DNA of 38,285 bases, taken from IMG/VR virus record IMGVR_UViG_2541047777_000012; one strand, 5' to 3'. The stretch is from a virus. Taxonomy: Duplodnaviria; Heunggongvirae; Uroviricota; Caudoviricetes. The position numbers were made by a program, and so were the translations under genes. How positions within the stretch are numbered: the stretch's first letter is position 1; every line of letters starts with the position of its first letter. Positions 1 to 8,067 of the stretch are shown one piece after another. The notes beneath the pieces are model-generated. The model was not told the origin of the DNA. It worked only from the letters and a program-made list of their open reading frames with translations, and ran no database searches.

Positions 1-2109
1 TTACACCATACTGTTAACCTGGCCGGGTAATTCGCTAGCTGGAATACGAAAGGTATACCAGGCATAACGACAGCGTTTCCACAGGCTGGAGAAATGGAGA
101 TGATAAAGGCAATCTGCAATAATTTCGTTATCTGGATATAAAGACTCGGCAAAATGTGTCCAGCGCGCACTGAGTTTCATGTTAAACAGTTTTTCATCTT
201 CTTTGTTACCATACAGGCGCGACAAAGTAATCATTGCTTCGAGCGTACCTTTATTCGCTTCTTCTTGTACCTGTTGGAGGTGCAAATGAGCAAGTGAGAG
301 TTCTTTCACCTCAAAGATATTAAGTAAAAAAAGCCCCCATGCTTTTTCATGTCCAGCTTCATGAGCCAGAAATAAATTGTCAAGGAGATTTTTTTCATAA
401 ATAGCCCGTGTTTCTTTAGAAATTTCTTGTTTATTTAGTGCCTGGTAGCAGATAGCAATGCTAAAATAAATATTTTGTAGATCTTGTTGATGTTCGCTAT
501 AACCATAATTTTTTACCAGTGGATAAGATACCGAGCTATGGAAATTTAGGTCATCTTGAAGTATTTTAAGTGCCCGTCGAAAATACTCCAAAGCTGTAGA
601 TGGTTCATAAGGTAATTTTGTATTGTCTTCCTTATCCAAATATTCAAGAGCAACTAAATTTAATGCGGCAGGAATATTTCTTTGCTTACCAATTGTCGCA
701 AGCGGAATGAAATAATCAGAAAGGTCAAACCAACTCAAATCTTTTATTGCCGACCGCCAATTATGATTGTATTTAATGTCACTAGCTTTTTCCAGCCAAG
801 CATCGCCCTGCCCTTCATCTTTTTCAAAACCCAAAATACCCTCTCGCTGGAAAAACCCCCTATAAATAACAGGTGTAGCATAAGTTGTATTCTGTGAATT
901 TTGGCAGATAAAATTATATATCCAGAATGAATCTGGATAATAACTTAATGCAAATTTTATCGCGTACGCAGTGTAATAATTATTGAGCTTCATGTCTTCC
1001 ATCACCGCTCGCTGTATACAGCACCACAACTTATCGTGATCGTTCTGCTTGTTATAGCAGGCAAGTAACCACTCTAGGGCATTATGGCGACATTCCTGAA
1101 ATTGTGCGTACTGAGCAATATTCTCTGCTAAGTCGATTGCATATTGTTGCTCCTCGGGCGCAATGTCCTCAATGCTGACATCTCGGTAATCATCCCACCA
1201 AAGTAAGAGATCCATATAGTCATGTTCTTCGGTAGATAAGTGCTTACAGGTTACTGAATCCAGCAATTCGGAAATTTCTTTATGCGACCCTCCCCAGCGT
1301 GGCATTCGAAATGGTATATATTCAACAAAAGGATAAAAAGTGTGAGGAAAAATAGTCAGGCAAACAGAAAGCCAATATTTTTGCCCACCATCATCATCAT
1401 ACTCAGGAAGTATATTGGGGCGAGGCAAAACGGGGCATATTGCATGCTCAAACGAAAGTCCGGAATACGCCATCAACGCTTCCACTTCTTGCGGGGAGCG
1501 GCGGTGATAATTTTTCAGTGCGATCATTAATGGTATTCCTGCGACACTATCACCGTTAAGGTGTGCCGCCAGCCAGGCTGGCTGACCAAATACTTTTGAG
1601 TTGGTGCTGGTAAGTAATGCAGCCATCCATTGTCGTGGGTCACAATCAATTGCTTTAAGTGTAGCGATGACCATTTGTTCATTACATGCACCAGCACAAA
1701 GCCACATTGCATGTGTGGTATCATTTGCCCAGCCATAACTGCGATATAACCATGCACGGTGATTCCAGTATTGTGCTTCGGCAAGCCAGGCATGTGTAGA
1801 ATGAGGTCTTGCTTGCTGCCAGGTTTTAATGAGTCTTAAACCTTCTGTTCCGGCATCAACTAGCGTGTTCATATCATAAAAATAGTTGCACATTTGGGTC
1901 CAGGATAAAAAATAGCGCTTTTCAGCCTGACGAGAAGTGAAACTCTCCTGTAATACCTGGTTATAAATTTCATCTAGTTCCTGATAACGTTTTTCTTGTA
2001 ACATATAAGGAATATTTGCGATTTGCCATTTTCTCTCAAGAGTATTAAGTGGCATTTTTTGGTCACACATCTTTTGCATTGCACTGAGTAAACGAGCATC
2101 CTGTTCCAT
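1..2109 (-). CDS. hypothetical large Trp/Tyr-rich protein, distal gene of an AT-rich three-gene operon (702 aa from the ATG at 2109; 715 aa if started at 2148)
   Basis: Uninterrupted minus-strand ORF ending with TAA at 1..3. The ATG at 2109 has AAAAGGA about 6 nt upstream and lies 10 nt after the stop of the preceding gene; the 2148 start overlaps that gene and has a weak RBS. No family recognised. Confidence 0.6.
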   Translation of the reverse strand: MEQDARLLSAMQKMCDQKMPLNTLERKWQIANIPYMLQEKRYQELDEIYNQVLQESFTSRQAEKRYFLSWTQMCNYFYDMNTLVDAGTEGLRLIKTWQQARPHSTHAWLAEAQYWNHRAWLYRSYGWANDTTHAMWLCAGACNEQMVIATLKAIDCDPRQWMAALLTSTNSKVFGQPAWLAAHLNGDSVAGIPLMIALKNYHRRSPQEVEALMAYSGLSFEHAICPVLPRPNILPEYDDDGGQKYWLSVCLTIFPHTFYPFVEYIPFRMPRWGGSHKEISELLDSVTCKHLSTEEHDYMDLLLWWDDYRDVSIEDIAPEEQQYAIDLAENIAQYAQFQECRHNALEWLLACYNKQNDHDKLWCCIQRAVMEDMKLNNYYTAYAIKFALSYYPDSFWIYNFICQNSQNTTYATPVIYRGFFQREGILGFEKDEGQGDAWLEKASDIKYNHNWRSAIKDLSWFDLSDYFIPLATIGKQRNIPAALNLVALEYLDKEDNTKLPYEPSTALEYFRRALKILQDDLNFHSSVSYPLVKNYGYSEHQQDLQNIYFSIAICYQALNKQEISKETRAIYEKNLLDNLFLAHEAGHEKAWGLFLLNIFEVKELSLAHLHLQQVQEEANKGTLEAMITLSRLYGNKEDEKLFNMKLSARWTHFAESLYPDNEIIADCLYHLHFSSLWKRCRYAWYTFRIPASELPGQVNSMV

Positions 2110-2119
2110 AGATATCCTT

Positions 2120-2836
2120 TTAATTAGGTTCAAAAATTTTAAATTCATTCCACGGCAATTTTTTCCAGTTACTGGATGGATCTTTCAACCATGCAGTGAC
2201 TTCCTTTAAATCACGGTTCGCAGTGGCGACGGGGGTATCGTATATCATTAACCATTTTTGTCGGGCGCGAACATAAGCACTGGCATAATCTTCCCATGAA
2301 GCGAAACAATCTTGTGCTCTTTGAGCATTCAGTAATAACACTATCCAGGCCTGGTTTTCATCGCACCAGCCTAAACCGGCGATGCAACGAGTTAAAAAAG
2401 CAGTGCGCATACAGTCAAACGCCAGCCCATCCAGAACCTGGCCTTGTGCTGCCAGTTGTTCGTAAAAATCATGTGGAGAATTACCAAGCCCTGTAGCCCA
2501 GCGCTGTAATATAACGCCAATTTGTTGACGGAAATCTTCGTTGCTTTGGTAAGTTTCTGTTCCTAGCTCTTGTTTAACCTGTAGTGCAAGTTGTTGACGC
2601 TTATCATCAGTCAACTTTAAATCTAACGTGAAGCCATTTACTGACAGTCCATTACGACGAGCAACTATATCACCAATTGCTAATGCCCACTTACGTCTCT
2701 TTGTTGCTCGTCTTTTGTCCTTGATTAGATCCTTTTCTTTTTCTTTAGCAATAAAAGCATCGATTTGTGGTTTGTTTTTTTTGTATCTATAGATAAAAAT
2801 AAATATTGCGACCAGGAGAACAATGATAAGACTCAT
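2120..2836 (-). CDS. hypothetical protein with one N-terminal transmembrane helix (238 aa)
   Basis: ORF with hydrophobic N-terminus (LIIVLLVAIFIFIY) followed by a basic stretch; its start overlaps the stop of the upstream 404-aa gene as ATGA, indicating translational coupling. AT-rich codon usage. Confidence 0.6.
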   Translation of the reverse strand: MSLIIVLLVAIFIFIYRYKKNKPQIDAFIAKEKEKDLIKDKRRATKRRKWALAIGDIVARRNGLSVNGFTLDLKLTDDKRQQLALQVKQELGTETYQSNEDFRQQIGVILQRWATGLGNSPHDFYEQLAAQGQVLDGLAFDCMRTAFLTRCIAGLGWCDENQAWIVLLLNAQRAQDCFASWEDYASAYVRARQKWLMIYDTPVATANRDLKEVTAWLKDPSSNWKKLPWNEFKIFEPN

Positions 2837-4050
2837 TATTTTTCAACCTCTGACAGGGGTAAGTAATGAGATGTCTGTAATGTCAAACTCTCTATCTCAA
2901 AGGAAATGTTGCTGATATTTTGACCTGCAAATTGCGGATGCCACTCAGCGCCAGGGAATAACATTTCCGCAGAAGTAGCAACTATAGGGTCAATAGCATT
3001 AAGATAATGTAACTTATCAGGTGCGCTGTGTAACAGTAACCACTGCAACTCCACTGAAGGATTTGTAAAATGTTCTAATAAATGAAAGTTATTATGTAGT
3101 ACGCTTAGTAAAAAACTGGTTTCGTATACTTCCGTTACATATTTCCACCCCTGATATTCAGGTGTATTTTCATAAACAATACCCATACCTTCACAATCAC
3201 TATGTCGAACTGCTTGTGGTGATAATAGTTGCAAAAGAGACAAAACATCGTCCGCATATTTTTTAACTGGATGACGATTTTGCTTACCTTTTATTTGATC
3301 AATTTCAAGTGAATCACCAACAACATTGAGAGCAATAGTAACATGAGGAATATTATTATTATCACGCAAACTGAATAACCGTAATTTATGTTGCTCAATT
3401 TGATTTGCATAATACTCACCATAACCACCGGTAAGATTTTTTCGATCATCAAACTGGCCTACGCAATGTTGCATATGCCATGATTCATAAGCCATTTCAC
3501 GACGAAGGTTCGAATGACTGGCATCAAACTCAACAATTTTTCCGTCTGGCACATCAAGTATTGACTTTACAGTATTTTGTTCACTCGGCTGCCACCCTTT
3601 CTCGCGTCGTTGAAGCATCTTTTCATGCTCTTCTTCACGCATTCTGAACGCAACGTAGCAGGTTATGCGCTGTAGTTTTGATTCCAGACGGGTACCACAT
3701 TTCCTGGAAAGAAATTCCACCAACTCCCGTTCTTTGGTTAATATTTGTTGATGATCGGTTTCGATATAATAAAGTGTCGCAGTTGATACTGAGGCAGTAT
3801 TAAACTTCGATACCAGCCATTCCGGGATTACATCATCATTTTTATTAAACAGTGAATATTCTGCAAGCGAGTTAATTTGTTGCACCATTGGAAAGTCACT
3901 AATTAGCCATCGATAAAAATGGTTGAGTAACCATTTTTGGATGGTCTCATTATCCTGGCGAAACAGACTTCTTTGCAAAATTGCTGTTTTTACTTCCGGG
4001 GCATTAATTACATCCCTTGCATTATAATTCTGGTGAATATTTCCAGTCAT
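2836..4050 (-). CDS. hypothetical protein (404 aa), first gene of the three-gene operon
   Basis: Long minus-strand ORF, AT-rich, divergent from yegQ. No convincing catalytic motif identified by eye. Confidence 0.6.
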   Translation of the reverse strand: MTGNIHQNYNARDVINAPEVKTAILQRSLFRQDNETIQKWLLNHFYRWLISDFPMVQQINSLAEYSLFNKNDDVIPEWLVSKFNTASVSTATLYYIETDHQQILTKERELVEFLSRKCGTRLESKLQRITCYVAFRMREEEHEKMLQRREKGWQPSEQNTVKSILDVPDGKIVEFDASHSNLRREMAYESWHMQHCVGQFDDRKNLTGGYGEYYANQIEQHKLRLFSLRDNNNIPHVTIALNVVGDSLEIDQIKGKQNRHPVKKYADDVLSLLQLLSPQAVRHSDCEGMGIVYENTPEYQGWKYVTEVYETSFLLSVLHNNFHLLEHFTNPSVELQWLLLHSAPDKLHYLNAIDPIVATSAEMLFPGAEWHPQFAGQNISNISFEIESLTLQTSHYLPLSEVEK

Positions 4051-4476
4051 AACATCCGCCCGTGTTTATTATATCACTCAAAGCAATAATTGTTGACTAT
4101 AGATTTTTTATCTAAATCAGCATGGTTGCAGGTACATACTCAAATGTCTTATATTTGCAGTTTATTTTAGTGAATAATTGAGATAAATGACATTATTTTA
4201 CATCCTCAATAATTCAGGCTGTAAGAGGACGGCAAATACATTCATAATTATCAGGGGATGAACATTCAGGAAAGTAGTCAGTATCGTCAACTTTTTCTTT
4301 TATCACTACATGAAGATTTCGTGTAGATACTCCCATCTCTGCCACTTCTCCCCTCACATTTACACTGGAGCTAAACCCGCCGATTGCGCTACAATGCCCG
4401 CCCTTAAAGTGGGGGCACTCCCCTAACCGCTTCATCAGGTGAAGCGGCTCTGACCTGTCATCAGAACGAGAGAATT

Positions 4477-5838
4477 ATGTTTAAACCGGAACTCCTTTCC
4501 CCGGCGGGAACGCTGAAAAATATGCGTTACGCTTTCGCTTATGGCGCAGATGCTGTTTATGCGGGCCAGCCGCGTTACTCCCTGCGTGTACGCAACAACG
4601 AATTCAACCACGAAAATCTTCAGCTCGGCATCAATGAAGCCCACGCGCTGGGGAAAAAGTTTTATGTCGTGGTCAACATTGCACCGCACAACGCCAAGCT
4701 GAAAACCTTTATCCGTGACCTGAAACCGGTGGTGGAAATGGGGCCGGATGCGCTGATTATGTCCGATCCAGGGCTGATTATGCTGGTGCGTGAACACTTC
4801 CCGGAAATGCCAATCCACCTCTCGGTACAGGCTAACGCCGTAAACTGGGCGACGGTGAAATTCTGGCAGCAAATGGGTCTGACCCGCGTGATCCTCTCTC
4901 GCGAACTGTCACTGGAAGAGATTGAAGAGATCCGCAATCAGGTGCCGGATATGGAGATCGAAATCTTCGTTCACGGCGCGCTGTGCATGGCCTACTCCGG
5001 TCGCTGCCTGCTCTCTGGCTATATCAACAAGCGCGACCCGAACCAGGGCACCTGCACCAACGCCTGCCGCTGGGAGTACAACGTCCAGGAAGGGAAAGAA
5101 GATGACGTCGGCAACATCGTACACAAGTACGAGCCGATTCCGGTGCAAAATGTTGAGCCGACGCTGGGTATCGGCGCGCCAACCGACAAAGTGTTTATGA
5201 TCGAAGAAGCCCAGCGTCCGGGCGAGTATATGACCGCGTTTGAAGATGAGCACGGCACTTACATCATGAACTCGAAAGATCTGCGCGCCATCGCCCATGT
5301 TGAACGCCTGACCAAAATGGGCGTGCATTCGCTGAAAATCGAAGGCCGTACCAAATCTTTCTACTATTGCGCACGCACCGCGCAGGTTTACCGTAAAGCT
5401 ATCGATGACGCCGCTGCGGGCAAACCGTTCGATACCAGCCTGCTGGAAACGCTGGAAGGTCTGGCGCATCGTGGCTATACCGAAGGTTTCCTGCGTCGTC
5501 ATACCCACGACGATTATCAGAACTACGAATACGGTTATTCGGTTTCTGACCGCCAGCAGTTTGTTGGTGAGTTTACCGGTGAGCGCAAGGGGGAGCTCGC
5601 GGCGGTAGCGGTGAAAAATAAATTCTCCGTTGGCGACAGCCTTGAGCTGATGACGCCGCAAGGCAACATTAACTTTACCCTTGAGCATATGGAAAACGCC
5701 AAAGGTGAAGCGATGCCGGTCGCACCAGGCGATGGTTATACTGTGTGGCTCCCGGTGCCGCAGGATCTTGAGCTAAATTACGCGCTGCTGATGCGTAATT
5801 TCTCCGGGGAAACCACGCGTAACCCCCACGGTAAGTGA
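4477..5838 (+). CDS. yegQ: peptidase U32 family protein YegQ (TrhP, tRNA hydroxylation protein)
   Basis: 453-aa translation recognised as E. coli YegQ (MFKPELLSPAGTLKNMRYAFAYGADAVYAG..., ends ...RNPHGK). Host-like GC and codon usage. Confidence 0.9.
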   Translation: MFKPELLSPAGTLKNMRYAFAYGADAVYAGQPRYSLRVRNNEFNHENLQLGINEAHALGKKFYVVVNIAPHNAKLKTFIRDLKPVVEMGPDALIMSDPGLIMLVREHFPEMPIHLSVQANAVNWATVKFWQQMGLTRVILSRELSLEEIEEIRNQVPDMEIEIFVHGALCMAYSGRCLLSGYINKRDPNQGTCTNACRWEYNVQEGKEDDVGNIVHKYEPIPVQNVEPTLGIGAPTDKVFMIEEAQRPGEYMTAFEDEHGTYIMNSKDLRAIAHVERLTKMGVHSLKIEGRTKSFYYCARTAQVYRKAIDDAAAGKPFDTSLLETLEGLAHRGYTEGFLRRHTHDDYQNYEYGYSVSDRQQFVGEFTGERKGELAAVAVKNKFSVGDSLELMTPQGNINFTLEHMENAKGEAMPVAPGDGYTVWLPVPQDLELNYALLMRNFSGETTRNPHGK

Positions 5839-5922
5839 TTAATTTCGATTATTTTTCCCGGATGGAAAATTCTTAGAAACCGATCACATACAGCTGCATT
5901 TATTAAGGTTATCATCCGTTTC

Positions 5923-6009
5923 GCTGAAAAACATAACCCATAAAATGCTAGCTGTACCAGGAACCACCTCCTTAGCCTGTGTAATCTCCCTTACACGGGC
6001 TTATTTTTT
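5923..6009 (+). ncRNA. cyaR: CyaR (RyeE) small regulatory RNA; its terminator stem and U-tract overlap the prophage att core
   Basis: 87-nt sequence gctgaaaaacataacccataaaatgctagctgtaccaggaaccacctccttagcctgtgtaatctcccttacacgggcttatttttt matches CyaR as I remember it. A tatcat -10 element lies at 5910..5915 and the RNA ends in a hairpin plus T-run. Confidence 0.85.
5983..6009. repeat. attL core, 27-bp P2-type attachment core (direct repeat of 37613..37639)
   Basis: aatctcccttacacgggcttatttttt is the reverse complement of the P2 att core AAAAAATAAGCCCGTGTAAGGGAGATT and recurs exactly at 37613..37639. Identity extends to 28 nt (5983..6010 and 37613..37640). Confidence 0.9.
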
Positions 6010-6077
6010 ACGTACAATAAATTGAAATAAAAGGATTTATTTCTGGTCACGTCCACACATTGACCACATCGACAAAA

Positions 6078-6103
6078 AAGCCCCTCGACTGAGGGGCTTC
6101 CTG
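6078..6103 (-). terminator. rho-independent terminator downstream of ogr
   Basis: On the minus strand a GC stem (agcccctc / gaggggct, loop agtc) is followed by TTTTTTG, directly after the ogr stop. Confidence 0.6.
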
Positions 6104-6110
6104 TTTGTAA

Positions 6111-6329
6111 TTACATCCACATAATTTGCTGCCCTGACGGCAACGGGTGCGGTCTTACGGCGTGGACTTCTCCCGGCTTCACGATGTATCGCTGTACCGA
6201 CTCATAAGTGATGAACGTGGCGCTGCAATTCACGTTCTGACACTGGTGATAACGCTCTTTTGTCGTGTCAGTGATATAGCGGCTTGTACGCGCATGTGCG
6301 GCATGCTGGCATAAAGGACAATGAAACAT
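6111..6329 (-). CDS. ogr: late gene transcriptional activator Ogr (zinc finger)
   Basis: 72-aa product MFHCPLCQHAAHARTSRYITDTTKERYHQCQNVNCSATF... with the CxxC...CxxxxC pattern. The internal ATG at 6329 was chosen over the longer 93-aa ORF. Confidence 0.9.
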   Translation of the reverse strand: MFHCPLCQHAAHARTSRYITDTTKERYHQCQNVNCSATFITYESVQRYIVKPGEVHAVRPHPLPSGQQIMWM

Positions 6330-6410
6330 CGCGAGCACCTCTTCCGGTTTTGTTGATGTTGCCATTTTAGTTAATTCATCCTTATAAAACAAACAGATAA
6401 ATAAAACACA

Positions 6411-7574
6411 TCACTCATCATCTTCTGTTTCGTACTCCACATCAGAAAGCCTTACCTCAAGCTCCAAAGACGTCGTGAAGCCGCTATTATTCAGAAAATG
6501 TGTCACCTTAGTGATTGTCCAGTCCTGCTCGTCTATGACGCGCTTAAAGCCTGACACTTTAACCGGTGTTTCCGTGTAAATATCTGCCCGACCGGTAGCC
6601 AGGCTGATGGAGAACTCCGCGACGCCCCGTTGCAGTTTGTCCCACTTAGCCTGAGCGGCGCGCATGGCCTGCGCTTTTGTGGCATATACCGTGGTCAGGG
6701 CAAAAACGTTGTCAGCCTCACCGGCCATGTATTCACCTTCGCGCGCTTCCGGTACTTTTGGCGCTTTCTTCTGCGTGACTGGTTTCGCTTTCGGGTGCTC
6801 CAGTGCGCGCAGGTGTTTCTCTTTCTTTTTGCGCTTCAGTTTTACCTTCTGCTTTTGTGGCTTCGGGTCTTTGGTGTGTAACCACTTTGCCGTTACGCCG
6901 GTATAGGCTCCACGGTCAGCAATCGCAAAATGATGGCGGTCGCCGTCGCTGCGGGTGATGGTAATCTGCGGGATTTTTTTACCGCTGGCCGTCACCCCCT
7001 GCCCCGCTTTGAGAAACAGCAGTTTTCCCATTTTTACCGACACCTCGCCGCCGTTGCGTTCAGCAAGGCGGGTCAGGAATTTTGCATCAGACTCCTGCGA
7101 CTGGTCGATGTGCGGGATTTTAATTCCGGCCAGTGACGGAGCGACACTGGCTTCCAGCCTGTTACGGGAGGCTATCGCCTCAACAATCGCACCGAGCGTG
7201 GTGTCATGCCAGGAGCCTTCCCGGCGGGAATTGAGCGTCCCGCGGAAATCTGCACTCCGGGCGCGGATGGTGACCACATCCGGCGCGCCCCGGTGTTCAA
7301 CCTCATCAACGGTGAATTTCCCTTTGCATACCAGGGCAAAACCTTTCCAGCCGATATACACCGTCAGGACAGCGCCACGAACCGGCAGCCCGACCTGCCC
7401 GTCGGCATCGTTCAGTTCAATATCAAGCTGGTCAGCTTCAAAGCCCCGGTTATCCGTCAGAGTCATGCTCATCAGACGGTCGCTGATATTGCCGGTAATA
7501 TCCCTGCTGTCGAGCATCAGCATGTAATCCGGCGTCAGCGTACTGCCTGCATCAAATGTCAGCGCATCCAGCAT
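6411..7574 (-). CDS. D: tail protein gpD (late control gene D)
   Basis: 387 aa, P2 gpD-like (MLDALTFDAGSTLTPDYMLMLDSRDITG...); position between ogr and U. Confidence 0.9.
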   Translation of the reverse strand: MLDALTFDAGSTLTPDYMLMLDSRDITGNISDRLMSMTLTDNRGFEADQLDIELNDADGQVGLPVRGAVLTVYIGWKGFALVCKGKFTVDEVEHRGAPDVVTIRARSADFRGTLNSRREGSWHDTTLGAIVEAIASRNRLEASVAPSLAGIKIPHIDQSQESDAKFLTRLAERNGGEVSVKMGKLLFLKAGQGVTASGKKIPQITITRSDGDRHHFAIADRGAYTGVTAKWLHTKDPKPQKQKVKLKRKKKEKHLRALEHPKAKPVTQKKAPKVPEAREGEYMAGEADNVFALTTVYATKAQAMRAAQAKWDKLQRGVAEFSISLATGRADIYTETPVKVSGFKRVIDEQDWTITKVTHFLNNSGFTTSLELEVRLSDVEYETEDDE

Positions 7575-8053
7575 TATCCCGCCCCCATCATACCTGTGAA
7601 TCTGGTCGCCAGACTGCCGGCCTTACCGATGAGCGATTCCGCCTGTTTACCAATATCGCCATAAAGCGCGGCCAGTGATTCATCAACGCGGGTGAGCGAC
7701 AGCGTAAAATCAATTTTCCGGGGTGTGCCGTCTGCAAAGAAAATACTCCCTGTTTCACTCACCCTGCTGATGACATACATACCGTAAATCATGCCGGTGC
7801 CATCCAGCAACGGCCACGCCCGGCCTTCCTCTGCCATCAGTCTGAGCGTGGTCATCGTCAGCTTGCCGCCGGTCAGTTCGGGATAAAGCACACCGGCAAG
7901 CGTGATGTTTTCCTCGCCCACACCGAGAAACTGAAAGGCATCCCGTTTACCGATACGGGAATTTGACGGCCAGCGATAATCTGATTCACGCTGCATGGTC
8001 TGGTGTGGCAGCGTCTGGCGCATAAAAACAAACATACCTAACGCGAGCATCAT
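7574..8053 (-). CDS. U: tail protein gpU
   Basis: 159 aa, same length and position as P2 gpU; start overlaps the D stop. Confidence 0.85.
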   Translation of the reverse strand: MMLALGMFVFMRQTLPHQTMQRESDYRWPSNSRIGKRDAFQFLGVGEENITLAGVLYPELTGGKLTMTTLRLMAEEGRAWPLLDGTGMIYGMYVISRVSETGSIFFADGTPRKIDFTLSLTRVDESLAALYGDIGKQAESLIGKAGSLATRFTGMMGAG

Positions 8054-8067
8054 TTTTCGTCACCTCC

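Noticed and set aside
4214-4435. 73-aa minus-strand ORF in the island-yegQ intergenic region
   Set aside because: It lies in the probable divergent promoter region, has no RBS, and the Cys/Gly-rich translation looks spurious.
4435-5688. Several ORFs antisense to or overlapping yegQ (4435..4872 and 4662..4937 on the minus strand, 4909..5688 on the minus strand, 4922..5200 on the plus strand)
   Set aside because: They lie inside the well-supported yegQ coding sequence, have no RBS, and have the biased composition typical of antisense frames in GC-rich genes.
5839-5922. CRP-binding site upstream of cyaR
   Set aside because: Only one half-site (TCACA at 5884..5888) is recognisable; the other half does not match TGTGA, so I list no site.
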